Part shown: positions 26,001-39,343 of the stretch, in pieces
How the letters are laid out: each line of letters starts with the position of its first letter
Numbering within the stretch: position 1 is the first letter of the stretch
Assembly (NCBI GenBank): GCA_013239625.1
Contig: MU053185.1
Coordinates: forward strand, 1-64,000
Reading direction: 5' to 3'
Length of the DNA stretch: 64,000 nucleotides
Origin: Lama guanicoe
Taxonomy: Eukaryota
Made by a program: the position numbers and the translations under genes
The notes under the pieces: model-generated
What the model was told of the DNA's origin: nothing
Database searches by the model: none
The model's input: only the letters and a program-made list of their open reading frames with translations

Positions 26001-29000
26001 GTGAAGACACAGAAAAAAATATTTCAAGCAAATGGTATCCAGAAAACACAGGAATAGCTAGCAGACTTCAAACTAAAAACGGTAAAAAGAGACAAAATAC
26101 ATAGCAAATTTAAGTATTTATTCACCCAACATTGGTGTACCCAAATATATAAAGCAAGAACTAAAGGACTTAAAAGAAGAAATAAACAACAATACAATAA
26201 TAGTTGGGACTTTAATTACCCACTCTCAACAATGGAGAGATCATCCAGATAATCAGTAAGGAAACAGTGGATCCGAACAACAACATACACCAAATGAACC
26301 TAACAGACATAAACATAGCATTCGATCTGACATCAGCAGAATACACATTCTTCTCAAGCAGACGTGAAACATTTTCCAGGATAGACCGTATGTTAAGCAA
26401 GTCTTAGCAAATTCAAGAACACTGAAATCATACTAAATATCTTTTCTGACCACAGTGGTATGAAATGAGAAGTTAATAACAGGAGGAAAACTGAAAAATT
26501 CACAAATAGTTGGAAATATAAAAACACTTTCCTGAACAACCAGTGGATCAAAGAAATGACAGAGGAAATAACAAGTAACTTGAGACAAATGAAAATGGAA
26601 ACAGCTGGGATATAGCAAAAGCAATGCTAAGAGGAAGTTCATAGCAATAAACACCTACATTTGGAAACCAGAAAAATTTCAAATACATAACCTAACTCTG
26701 TGCTTTAGGGAACTAGAAAAATAAGAAAACCAAGCCCAAAGTTAGCAGGAGGAAAATAATACAAGAGAATAAATAAATGACATTGTGAATAAGGAAAAAA
26801 TATAAAAATATGTATTATAAAAAATATATATATATAATATATAAAAATTAATCAAACTAAAAGTTGTTTCTTTGAAAAGGTAAACAAAATTGACATACCT
26901 ATAGCTAGACTAACCAAGGAAAAAAGAGAAAGGATCCAAATCAACAAAATTATAAATAAAAAGTTAGACATTAGAACAGATACCACAGAAATACAAACAA
27001 TCATGAGGCTACTGTGATTAACTATATGCCAAAAAACAGGACAACCTGGAAGAAATGGAAAAATTATTGTAAAAATACAATCAGCATGACTGAATCATGA
27101 AGAAAAGAAAATCTGAACAGACCAATTACCAGTAAAGAGACTGAATCAGTAATCACAAATTCCCAAAGAAAAGCCCAGGACCAGATGGCTTCAGAGTTGA
27201 ATTTTACCAAACATTTAAAAAATTAATGCCACTATTTTCCAAACTCTTCCAAAAAAAATCAGAGAGGAGAAACACTCCCAAACTTACCCTGCTACCAAAG
27301 CCAGAAAAGGACATTACCAGAAAAGTACAGACCAATATCCCTGATAAATATAGATACAAAATTCTCAGTAAAATACTAGTGAACTGAACTCAGCAGCACA
27401 TTAAAAAGATCATTATTCACCATAATCAAGTGGGATTTATCTCTGGGATGCAGGGATGGTTCAACACACATGAATTAATCAATGTGATACTTCATATGAA
27501 TAGAATGAAAAGTAAAAACCACATTATCAACTCAGTGGATGTAGAAAATGCATTTAACAAAATTCAACATCAGTTCATGATAAAAAAAAAGTTCTTTACA
27601 AATTAGGTACTGAAGGGATTTACCTTAATATAATAATAATATAAAACATTGTCATACTGTTGACAAGCTAACAGCAAATATACTAAATGATGAAAGGTTG
27701 AAAGCTTTCCTCTAAGATTAGAAATAAGACAAGGGTGCCCACTCTCACCACTTCCATTCAACAATGCACTGCCTAGAAATTCCAGTACTATCAGGCAAGA
27801 AAAAAAAAGATAAAATCCATCAGAATTTGGGGGAAAAAAAATAAAACTGTCTCTATTTCCAGATGACATGATTTTATACCTAGAAAAATCCTAAAGACTT
27901 CACCAAAAAAGGTTCACTCTAATCAACAAATACAGTCAAGTTTCAGGATACAAAATTAACATGCAAAAATAAGTAATGTTTCCATACACTAACAAAGAAT
28001 TATCTCAAAATGAAGTAAATGATCCTATTTACAATACCATCAAAACCAATAAAATACTTAGGAAAAAAATATAGCCAAAGCAGGCAAAACACCTCTACAC
28101 TGAAAACTGTAAGACACTGATGGAAAAATCAAAGAAAACACAAATAAATAGAAAGATATAGCTTGTTCATAGATTGGAAGAATTAATACTGCTAAAATTT
28201 CCATACTACCCAAAGCTATTCATAGGTTTAATGCAATCCATACCTAGAGTCCAATGGCATTTTTTTCAGACATAAAAGCAACAATCCTAAAATTTAGGTA
28301 GACACAAAAAAAAAACCCTGAATAGTCAAAGCAATCCTAGAAAAGAATGAACAAGGCATCACACTTCCAGAATTCAAGCTATATTATAAAGCTATAGTTA
28401 TCAGAACAGTATTGTACTGGCATTAAAACAGAGGCACTGACCAATGAAAAAGAATCAAGAACCTAGAAATAAACCCAAATATATATATATATATATGTAT
28501 GTATGTAATATTTGACAACAGAGGCAAAAATACTCAATTGAGAAAAGACAATCTCTTCAATAAATGGTCCTGGGAAAATTGGATCTTCAAATGTAAAAGA
28601 ATGAAATTAGACCCCTATCTTATACCACTCACAAAAATTAACTGGAAATACCAAACTACACTCCCACCAACAGTGTAGGAGGGTTCCCTTCCCTCCACAC
28701 CCTCTCCAGAATCTATCATTTGTGGACTTTTGAATGATGGCCATTCTGACTAGTGTGAGGTGATACCTCACTGTAGTCTTGATCAGCATTTCTCTGATAA
28801 TTAGTGATACTGAGCATTTTTTCCATGTGCCTATTGGCCATTTGTATGTTTTCTTTGGAGAATTACTTGTTTAGGTCTTCTGCCCAGTTTTGGATTGGGT
28901 TCTTTGTTTTTTTTGTTAAGTTGTATGAGCTGTTTATATATTCTGGAAATTAAGCCCTTGTCAGTTGCATCATTTGCAAATAGTTTCTCCCACTTCATAG

Positions 29001-30758
29001 GCTGTCTTTTTGTTTTGCTTATGGTTTCCTTTGCTGTGCAAAAGCTTGTAAGTTTAATTAGGTTCCATTTATTTATTTTTGGTTTTATTTCTATTGCCTG
29101 GATAGACTGCCCTAGGAGAATACTGTAGTTTGGTGCAGCCATTATGGAAAATAATTTGGAGATTCCTCAAAAAACTAAAAACAGACTTAACTATATGATC
29201 TAGCAATCCCAGTTCTGGGCATATATCCAGAGGGAACTCTAATTTGAAAAGATACATGCATGCCAACGTTCATAGCAGCACTATATACAATAGGCAAGAC
29301 ATGGAAACAACCTAAATGTCCACCAACAGAGGACTGGATAAAGAAGTTGTGGTATATTTATACAACTGAATACTACTCAGCCATAAAAAAGAATAAAATA
29401 TGCCTTTTGCAGCAATATGGATGGATCTGGAGATTATTATTCTAAGTGAAGCCAGCCAGAAAGAGAAAGAAAAATACCGTATGATACCACTTATATGAGG
29501 AATCTTAAAAAAAAAAAAGACACTAATAAACTTATCTACAAAACAGACTCAGACATAGTAAACAAACATGGTTACTTGGGGGAAAGAGGGTGGGAAGGGA
29601 TAAATTGGGAGTTTGAGATTTGCAGATACTATCTACTATAGATAAAATAGGTAAACAGCAAGTTTATACTGCATAGCACAGGGAACTATATTCAATATCT
29701 TTTAGTAACCTATAATGGGAAATATGAAAACAAATATATGTATGTATATGTAAGACTGAAACATTATGCCTTACACCAGAAAAAATCAAAAATAAACTTA
29801 GAAATAGATTAAAGACTTAAGTATAAACTCAAAAACCATAAAACTACTAGAAGCAAACAGGAACCAAGCCCCTTAACATGGGTATCAGCAATGATTTTTT
29901 TGTATATGACTCCTAAAGCAAAAGCAAACAAAACAAAGTAAGTGGGATTATATTGAACTAAAAAGCTTCTGTATAGCAATAAACACAAGCAACAAAATGA
30001 AAAGAATCTATGGAATGGGAAAAAATATTTGCAAACCAACTATCTGATAAGGGGTTAATATCCAAATATGTTAAGAACTCATAAAACTCAATAGCAAAAA
30101 CAGGGGGGGAAAATCCAACTAAAAACATGGGCAAAGGACTAGAGCAGACATTTTTCCCAAGAAGATATACGAATGCCCAACAGGTACATGAAAATACGTT
30201 CAACATCACTAATCATTAGGGAAATGAAAATCAAAACCACAATGAGCTATCACCTTACACCTGTTAGAATGGCTAGGAACAAAAAGAGATAACAAATGCT
30301 GACATGGATATGGAGGAAAGGGAATCCTTGTGGACTGATGGTGCACAAGATTATAAATTGGTACAGCCAGTATGGAAAATAGTATGAAGACTCCTTAAAA
30401 AATTAACTACCATATGATCCAGCAATTCCACTTTGGGAATACATAAGAAATGAAAACACTACGTTGAAGAGATATCTGTCCCCACCCAACCCCTATGTTC
30501 AGAGCAGCATTGTTTACATCAGCCAAGACCTGGAAACAACCAAAGTGTCCATCTACAGATGAATGGTAAACAAAGACATAGTATACATAGATACAATGGA
30601 ATATTATTCAGCCATAAAGAGGGAAGAAATCCTGCCATTTGTGACAACATGGATAGACCCTGAGAGCACTGTACTAAGTGAAATCAGAGAAAGGAGAAAT
30701 ACTGTATGATTTTACTTATATATGGAATCTAAACAAAACAAAACAACTCATAGAAAAA
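23088..30758 (+). mobile_element. Decayed near-full-length old L1 (5' UTR, ORF1 ~24400-25350, ORF2 ~25840-30700)
   Basis: Colinear ORF1-like, endonuclease (aatgtaaatg, ggactttaat) and RT (ctatttccagatgacatg, about LF.DDM) remnants with many stops. Confidence 0.9.
28651..29786 (+). mobile_element. Younger L1 with 5' inversion nested in the old L1
   Basis: 28651-29123 antisense and 29124-29786 sense; degenerate TSD aaaaattaactggaaata / aaaaataaacttagaaata. Confidence 0.85.
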
Positions 30759-31323
30759 TGTTGGGCCCACTGATGTCCTTCAAAGTCCAATGACCCCCAT
30801 TTCTGGGCTCCCAGATGTCTGCCTGTGATCCCTCTGCAGATGAAGTACATTCTTTACTGGGCATGTTTCCCCTCACAAACTAACAGGCCTAGGGAATGTC
30901 TAATCTCACAATAGCTCAGGCTGGTTTGTTTCAGTTCATCTTAATCAGAGTCATAAACTTCACTGCCCTTCATGGACCCTAAACCTCTTACCTCACCTGC
31001 AACCAATCAGAGACTTGTGCACAAACCGATCACGCACCTTGTGACCCTATACCTTATGAAACACCCCAACAACCAGCCCTCGGTGTGCACACAGGCACCT
31101 CTCATCTGTGTGGCCCGCTGTTGCTGACAGCACCCTAACTATTGACCTTTTCCCTTGTCCTTCACTCCAGTGCTCAGACACGTCTCATCTGTGTGGCCCG
31201 CTGTTGTCTGTGACAGAGCACCCTAATAAACTCCTTTTCATTCTTATACTTAAGCTCTGGTAAATTCTTTTACTGAACCCACATCACCATGTCCCTGTAC
31301 GGGCCGCCCCATTGTGGCCCACA
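30759..31323 (+). mobile_element. ERV 5' LTR (element A)
   Basis: tgttgggcccac...gtggcccaca termini; CCAAT; AATAAA near 31225; internal duplication tctcatctgtgtggcccgctgttg; followed by a PBS. Confidence 0.85.
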
Positions 31324-31325
31324 TT

Positions 31326-31343
31326 TGGTGGCCCGTATGTGGC
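31326..31343 (+). promoter_or_regulatory. PBS, tRNA-Ile-like
   Basis: tggtggcccgtatgtggc versus Ile PBS TGGTGGCCCGTACGGGGA. Confidence 0.75.
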
Positions 31344-32069
31344 TAGGACTCTGGGGGAGCCCTTTGGGCTTCTCCTTCTTTCTCCCCCTCCCTACGGGAG
31401 TCTCCCCCTGGCTTAATCAGAAGAAAGCTCTGTACTGCAGGCTAGAATCCTCAGGGCACGCTTCTCTTTTCTGCTTTCTTTTCCTCTCTCATACCTTCCT
31501 GCTGCTCCCTAGCGTTCAGAAATTCCCTGAAGTCTTGTGGAGGACTGAGGAACCCCAGCTGGGTTACGCTCAGTGGGCTCTGAAACTTGGTCTGACAGAT
31601 GGAAATGACCCCTGGGCTGTAGCAGTGAATACACATGGGAAACGTGTATTTTCTTTTCCAAATACTCCTCTCTCCATCTCCCCCTTCTCTATCTCTCCCT
31701 TCCTCTGACTCTGGCCCTGGAGACACTCCTTGGTTCTTGGGCCAAACCACATGGTGCACCTCTGCACCTTCTTTCTGCTTTTGCGGTTGATGCCTTCAGA
31801 GTGGCCCAGCCTCCAGCCTTTCCTCACCGTGCCAGGTAGAAGTCCCCCACTTTTCCTTTGCTTTTCAGCCCTTGTGCTGGCTCTTCAGCTCTTGCACTAG
31901 TTCTGGCCCTTGCACCAGTTGGCTTCTCTTTCTTGGGAGACACCCAAAGTAAGAGAACATCAAAAGTTTAGCCTTTCTCTTTCTTGGGGGATGCCACAAA
32001 ATAGAATCTGCACTGTTAGCCTCTCTCCCTGGGGTACGATACACCCCAGAATAGAGTCTACACTGGTTT

Positions 32070-32340
32070 CCTTCTCTTTGCTTCATCTATTCCCTGGGAC
32101 TCACCTTTGGGTTGCATTTTAAAACACTGGGATAAGTTTGATCCCCAGACATTAAGGAAAAAGCAGCTTATCTTTTTCTGTAATGTCACCTGGCTCCAAT
32201 ACCAACTTTCAGATCAGGAGACTTGGTCCCTTCATGGGACTCTGAGCTATAATACAGTCTTACAGCTTGATTCTTTCTGTTACAAATTGGGCAAATGGTC
32301 TGAGGTCCCCTATGTTCAGGCCTTATGGCCCTCTCCCCAA
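32070..32340 (+). pseudogene. gag: ERV gag matrix remnant (element A)
   Basis: LGCILKHWDKFDPQTLRKKQLIFFCNVTWLQYQL...GKWSEVPYVQA, a class I ERV MA motif homologous to 50167-50430. Confidence 0.85.
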
Positions 32341-32399
32341 ATTTGGATTTTCATAAAACTGCTGCATGTGTCTCTCCAGATTCTCTTCCTGTTTCATTG

Positions 32400-35300
32400 G
32401 ACACCTCCTTTAAGGTTTTCAACATTTGAGAGGAAATACTGAGGGCTAAATAGGAAAAAGGAATAAGAAAAGACAAAAGGCTAGCCAGATATATGGTCAC
32501 CACCATTGCTAATTCTGTGCCAGGACCAGAGAAGTGACTCCAGAAATAATCTAAAGCCCATCAATCCTTTTATCACTCCCCAAACCTCCCCTACTTATTT
32601 TAAGAGATCTGCTATGTAGTCAAAAAAAAAAAAAAATCTGATCCTAAGGGAACAAAGTCATTCTAGGAGGAACTTGCCTTTGAGATGCAAATATTCTGCC
32701 TGGTCTTCTCCCTTATATCGCCATCTGTTTAAAATGCAAATTTTGAGAAAGGGGGCGAGGCACAGCCAACAAAAAGCTGTCTTGCCCTTGGGGATTGTAA
32801 CAAAGTTTAATTATTACAAAACCACTATAGGTTGGTTTCTAAAGCTCAGTAATCTAAATGCATTTCATGATCTAACACAGTTAAATTAATCCAATTGTTA
32901 GGTTTCTGGTCAACTACCTACATCCAGTACTTCTGGGTTACCTTGGTGGATTTCTCCCCAAGGGTCTAATCCGTAGGCACTTGGAAATTTATTCTAGAAA
33001 AAAGAATTTATAGTTTTGTTCTGGCCCCTAGTATTACTAAGTGGGATTCCCTCACCTGGCCAATTAATATCTGCTCTAATCCTGGCCATAAATATGAATT
33101 TTCTATTAAAGCTAGTCAAGCTCCATCAGACTAACAAGTAGCAACTTGAAGCACTTAACCAGATATATAGTTCCATAGGAGATTTGTAATTATACTAGTG
33201 TAATCCTACACATGGGAAGAAGCAACATGAGGTGGTCAAGACTTTTCGCTACTGTTAATAAGGCCTAGTCCAGTAATAGCACACTGAGCGGCCTGTCAGT
33301 GAGATCCTCGCCTGACCTAGGAATGATCCTAGCACTGTGGGACACAATGATCATGAAATGCCTCCCAAGCCACGGTCGAATTTATCATCATGAGGGCACC
33401 TTCCATCTGCCTCTACAAGGATTAAGTCGCAAGCCACTGAAGTCGCTGACCTGCATCACACCCTGTCAGGCTCAGGGTGGAAATCAGGAATGAGGCCCTC
33501 TGTGCTCTGGGAAAACTGCCAAAATAGGTCTTCAGATAATTAGATATTTTCAGGAGATTTTATGAACCCAAATTCTTTCATTTCCTCATATCTAGAACAG
33601 CACTAAGATCATTAATGGTGACATCTACTTTGGCCATTAAAGAAAGCTGTCTTACAAAACCACATGGCTCTTAATATTCCACCTAAGGGTGCCCATTCAC
33701 AGTAATATGTACTGAGTGCTGTACTTTTACCCCCAGTGAGTCAGCTATGTCAATGCTTATAGAAAAGTAGTCACCGAACAGGTCTCTGACATGTTCTCCA
33801 GTGCCTTTTCCTAGATCTCTGAAGGGATAAGGTCTTTCTTTTCAGACATTCTCAAATTTCTTGTTTTTACTGGGTTTAGCTACTTATCTTAGTACCCTCC
33901 TACTTCTTTTTTTTTTCCAGTTTCATTAGGTAGAATTAATACAGTTTGACTGTATATATACATTATATTGTATGTTAATACATATATACAATATGCTGCA
34001 CATATTTTTTAGTTTACATATATGTACTAATCATTGTTTCTAAGAACAGGTTAGAGCTTTAGCTTTTTAAACTTACATAGTTATCAGAGGAATAAAGCCA
34101 ATCACAAAATAAGAATCAACAGAATGGTTATTCACCTACTTTTGTGTTGTGATGTTCTTAGGTTATATTGTATGAGAAAATGTTATTACTATAGATGTTC
34201 TAGAAATTATATAAAGTCCCTAAATACCTGGTATGTCTGAAACGTTACCAGTCATAATTCTGGTTATTGTAACCAGATTTCTTTATCAATTACAGTGTAA
34301 CTGTTAGAGCAAGCAGATAGCTAGATATGAGTAGAGAAAAGGGGACACAGACCAAATGGCAGGAATTGGGCAGAAAGGAGGGGCACAGACCAAATGCAGG
34401 AAACCATACATCATGTAAGCACCAGGGGTCCCTGGGCAGAGAAAGAAAAGCAGGAACCTCTGGGCTGATAAGTGGTCACACCTTTTGGGGTGATGAGTGG
34501 CCTGGAGACCCACAAAGAAAGGTGAGAAAAGGAAGGAGTTTCCAGGGTCCGAATGTAACCTTTTGCTTATTATGCCCTCATTTCAATAAAATTAGCCTTG
34601 CAGATTAGAAGTACCCATCATGCACTGATGCCATGACACTTCTGATCCAGACTAAATAAGGACAAAAATCCCTCCTCCCTTTGGGAAGGTGGAGTTGGGA
34701 TGATAATCAGGGAATATGACCCCAAACCCTTTCCTCCCTGGTCAATATTCCGCCCATTCATTTTCACACCCTATGTAACTCACGTGACAAAGAAACACAG
34801 GGCAGCCGCTCACCTGAGCCTGCATGCTGTCCCCTTGAGAGTGTACTATCCATCCTTTAATAAATTCTCACTTTACTTTTTTAACCACTACGTCTTGTGT
34901 CTGATTCTTTCTGGGACGGGACAAGAACGTGAAACACCGGTTGCATCCACCGGCAACATAACTAGGTGTTTAGCCATGCTTTAAGCCTTTTGTCATTTAT
35001 AGACAGTTACTGTTTTACTCTGATGCCTTTGCAAAATGCTTTCTCTTCAAGGAGATTTACTGGTTTCTCATAAGTTTCAGATTATAGCACTGAACTGGGC
35101 AAGAAATTTGAAGTCTGATGGAGACTCTGATTTCATAAAACTGTTAACAACAACCAAAAAAGGATTAGTTCCATGAGACTGAGTAAACTGATGAATACAG
35201 TTATAATTTTGATTTTGTCTGAAATATTATTGGCTTTTAGTCTGTTTCCCAGATATAAAGAAACCCTTCTCCTTGAGCTAATTATGACTCAGCAATTTGA

Positions 35301-36907
35301 TGAATTATACTTATGTAAGCAGACTTGGAACAGTTATCTTTTCTATCTGATCCATCCAGAGACTGGAAACTCTTAGGTCCCCAGTGGCTCTATCAGATAA
35401 ATAAGGAAAATCACCTCCTAACAGGTATAGGAGTCTCAAGGTATTTTGAGGAACTTCAAAAGAAAAGAATTCACCTAAATATGTAAAGCAAAATCTGTGA
35501 CAAGCCCTTAACAAGGCTTACCTGGCCTTAGGAGACCTTACTAAAAATTCATCTTGAGTTCTGGCACAGACAGTTTAAAAGAGCCTATATGATCAAATAA
35601 TCAGACTTAATTTGCAGATAAATTAATCTTGATTTGACTATATTTGATAAAAATGAGGGTAACGTTAGAGAGAAAAAGATTGTATTTCAGTGGATATTAA
35701 ATTCTAGTTTTGTTAATTGAGGTCTATTTACTAAGACTCACCAGATCATTCCTTGCTGTTATGTTATATTGTTACTGTGTTTAATTGAATTATTAAAAGG
35801 ACACTCTAGGTTTGTTTCTGAAGCTCAGTAATCTATCCTTGGATGAAGATCTGATGCCCCATGACCTGCAAACAGGGGATTATACATACTGTAACAGACA
35901 TGATTTAAAAACTATCTTCAGCCTGAATGGAAGGACCCTTTATCAGGTACTCTTAACTAGACATGCACAGCAAAAGCTGAAGGAAACTGACTTTTGGATT
36001 AATTTCCAGTCAGAAAGAGCCCCTGCACTGGACTGATCTATAGAGCACTGCTCACCTTAAAACAATGCTCAGATGGAGAAGCTACCAGCCCAGGATGAGA
36101 AGATGACATCTGAGGTAGACAGCTGACCCAAGACACTGGACCAGATCTGTATACCAATTACTTTGATTATTGCTCATACCATTGCTTATGAACTAATCCA
36201 ACTGTTAGGTTTATGGTCAATTACCTATATCTAGCACTTCTGTGTTACCTTGGTGGGTTTCCCTACTCCAAGGCTCTAACTAGATAGCCCTGAGAAAATT
36301 TATTCTAAAAAAATTATAGTTCTATTTAGGCCACTATTGACATTACAAGGTGGGAACCCTCACCTGGCCAATTAATAATACCTGCTCTGAGCCTAGCCAT
36401 AAATATGAATTTTCTTATAAGATCACTCAAGCTCAACCAAGGCAACAAGCAAAATTTCAGCCAAAGAATATAACCTCCCTCAATTATGGAAAGGACTTAT
36501 ATGGTTAACACCAGGGTATAGACATTTAGGTTTAAAGGCTCTCTTATGTTGGAAAAAATTAAATTATACTAAAGATAACCAACCTAACAACACTAGGAAA
36601 TTTGGCTGGGAGTCTTACGAACAATGCCTGTATAACGTCTTCCTTAAAGATAAGGACTGATACAAAGCAGACTGTCAGATGACCCAGGGATACACTGAGC
36701 TGCACCTAATGAAAAATTTTGACTAAAATTCTTACTTATGACCTTACTAATACTTCTAACTATATTATTTGTATTTTGCCTGTTTTACAAAATTGTTGTT
36801 TCTTGCATTACCAAATGTATGACTGAGCCTCTGATAAAATAATGATTAGGGAACTTGAAAGAGTAGACAAGATACATACTTCTGTATGAGACCCATGATT
36901 GTAATAG
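32400..36907 (+). mobile_element. Non-autonomous MER4-group-like ERV internal mosaic with IN-tail and env remnants; resumes at 42901-43150
   Basis: W.GP.QVLL-like IN tail near 35930; LQNHMALNI-like env remnant near 33650; paralogous blocks at 32830-33130 and 35810-36430. Confidence 0.6.
34302..34958 (+). mobile_element. Solo LTR, family of provirus C
   Basis: TGTTAG...CAACA; TSD taac at 34298-34301 and 34959-34962; high identity to LTRs at 48225, 55309 and 58033. Confidence 0.95.
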
Positions 36908-37321
36908 TGTGAAGGAAAAGCCGGGCTGGTCTAACAAGATAACTCACAAATCTAAGTATGGGGATACTGATCTGAGTTCTGCTAGACTAACTCATAAATC
37001 TAAGTTAGTGTTGGTTTGCTGTTCATGTTTTTTTGCTAGCCAGCTGGATTTTCAAAGAGACATATCTGGCTTTGGAATGTTGGTTTGCTGCCTCCCTGCC
37101 TCCACTTTTGTGATAATGACTTTGCTAAAGCTGTTCCATGCCTATTGGCCGAATACCCCAAGCTTGTACTTTACCCTATAAAACCTCATGCGCACGTCTT
37201 GGAGGTGCTCAGAGCTTTGGAGCAGAAGCCCCTCTGAGCCCGCCGGCGTAATACATCTGAGTACTCCAACCCTCCGAGTGGTGCTTGTTTCTTGACTGGC
37301 CTGTCGTTTCCGTAACATTTC

Positions 37322-37339
37322 TGGAGGCCCCAGCGAGAT
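37322..37339 (+). promoter_or_regulatory. PBS tRNA-Thr(UGU)
   Basis: tggaggccccagcgagat, complementary to the recalled 3' 18 nt of tRNA-Thr(UGU). Confidence 0.85.
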
Positions 37340-38743
37340 ACAACCAGGCCGGCCCCTTGAGCCGCTGGACTGGTGGCTCCGGCCAACCAGGGGACAGGAT
37401 TCCGGCAGCGAACGGGGTGGCACCGCCCGACAGTATTCCGGGTTCTCCTTCGTGATGGCAACTCGGCCCCCCGGGTGGCTGGGCTACAACCAGAGCCAGA
37501 CTCCACGGAGGGACAGACAGACTCACCAGGTGGCTGTCCGGACAAGGTAGGAACCCCCGGGAGGAATCAGGTCCTGTCCCATTGGACAGAAGAGGAGGCT
37601 GATCCCCTCCTACAGGCTCTCCGTCTGATGGTATTTCAGACGGGGAAATCAGGTCAGGAATCAGGTCCCGTCCCAGTGGACAGAAGAGGAGGCGGATCCC
37701 CTCCTACAGGAAACAGGATATTGGTATTGGTGGGAGGACTGTTGTTAACCTCTGTGTATGTGTGTGTGTGTGTGTGAGTGAATGAGCGGCCTGTGAAGCA
37801 TGCGATCAGGCTCGAGTTTGTAGCTCCACGGCGTTCTGCTACGGAGTTCGAGTGAGTCCCAACCTGCGGTTCCGTGGTGACCTCATACGGCTCAGGGCGG
37901 TATCAGTCCCTCAGGGTCCCGATCGGAGTCAGCGGCTTATACTGACCCGCCAAAGCTAAGAGGCACCTTCGTCCCCGCGAGGGGAGCGGCCAGGCGGACG
38001 CAACGAAAACCCTCCCTTGTCTTGTCTGCGACACCGGCACAGGGTGGCTACACTGGGAGGGAAAAGGACATAGCCAATGAGTCAACGCCCCTGTGCCCTT
38101 GGAGGCTAGGATGCTATTTCTTTGAGAAAGTCTCCTACCTGACTCTGTCACAGAACACCCGAGACTTATTGTTCCCCTACTGAACTGACCCAAGTAGTGC
38201 CCCTTTTGCCTAGCCCCAGACACCCAGGACGTAAGTTTAGAAGACGAATTCCTTCAGGACCGGGCTTGCCCAGCCCTGGAGGTCCCTTTTCTAGTCCATT
38301 TGTTTTGCCATCTGCCGTCAGTCCCAGCAAAAGAGCAGTCTCTCTGGGAACTCCGGTGTTTTGAGGAGTGAAGAAGGAAAAGATATAAAGGCTACCTTCC
38401 CAAACATCTAGAGCAACAGATATGTTATCCTTAAACATCTAAAAAGAATGGGAGGCTCTAAGTCAAAACCCACCACTCTAGACTGCATGATTAAGAATTT
38501 CAAAACGGGGTTCTCAGGACACTATGGAATTCGAATGACCCCTGGCAGGCTCCGCACTTTGTGTGAGCTTGAATGGCCGGCCTTTGGAGTCGGGTGGCCC
38601 TCAGGAGGAACTCTGGACCTAGCAACAGTGCGAGCAGTCTATCAAATAATCACTGGAACCCCAGGCCACCCAGATCAATTCCCTTACATTGACTCCTGGC
38701 TGAATATCGCCCAGACTCTACCCCCATGGATTCGGTTTTGCTC

Positions 38744-39327
38744 NNNNNNNNNNNNNNNNNNNNNNNNNNNNNNNNNNNNNNNNNNNNNNNNNNNNNNNNN
38801 NNNNNNNNNNNNNNNNNNNNNNNNNNNNNNNNNNNNNNNNNNNNNNNNNNNNNNNNNNNNNNNNNNNNNNNNNNNNNNNNNNNNNNNNNNNNNNNNNNNN
38901 NNNNNNNNNNNNNNNNNNNNNNNNNNNNNNNNNNNNNNNNNNNNNNNNNNNNNNNNNNNNNNNNNNNNNNNNNNNNNNNNNNNNNNNNNNNNNNNNNNNN
39001 NNNNNNNNNNNNNNNNNNNNNNNNNNNNNNNNNNNNNNNNNNNNNNNNNNNNNNNNNNNNNNNNNNNNNNNNNNNNNNNNNNNNNNNNNNNNNNNNNNNN
39101 NNNNNNNNNNNNNNNNNNNNNNNNNNNNNNNNNNNNNNNNNNNNNNNNNNNNNNNNNNNNNNNNNNNNNNNNNNNNNNNNNNNNNNNNNNNNNNNNNNNN
39201 NNNNNNNNNNNNNNNNNNNNNNNNNNNNNNNNNNNNNNNNNNNNNNNNNNNNNNNNNNNNNNNNNNNNNNNNNNNNNNNNNNNNNNNNNNNNNNNNNNNN
39301 NNNNNNNNNNNNNNNNNNNNNNNNNNN
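38744..39327. other. Assembly gap (584 N)
   Basis: Run of n. Confidence 1.
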
Positions 39328-39343
39328 TCCTTCCTACTCTGAA

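Noticed and set aside
34304..34984. Recurring ORFs (MSREKGTQTKWQELG...) at four loci
   Set aside because: They recur only because they lie in copies of one LTR
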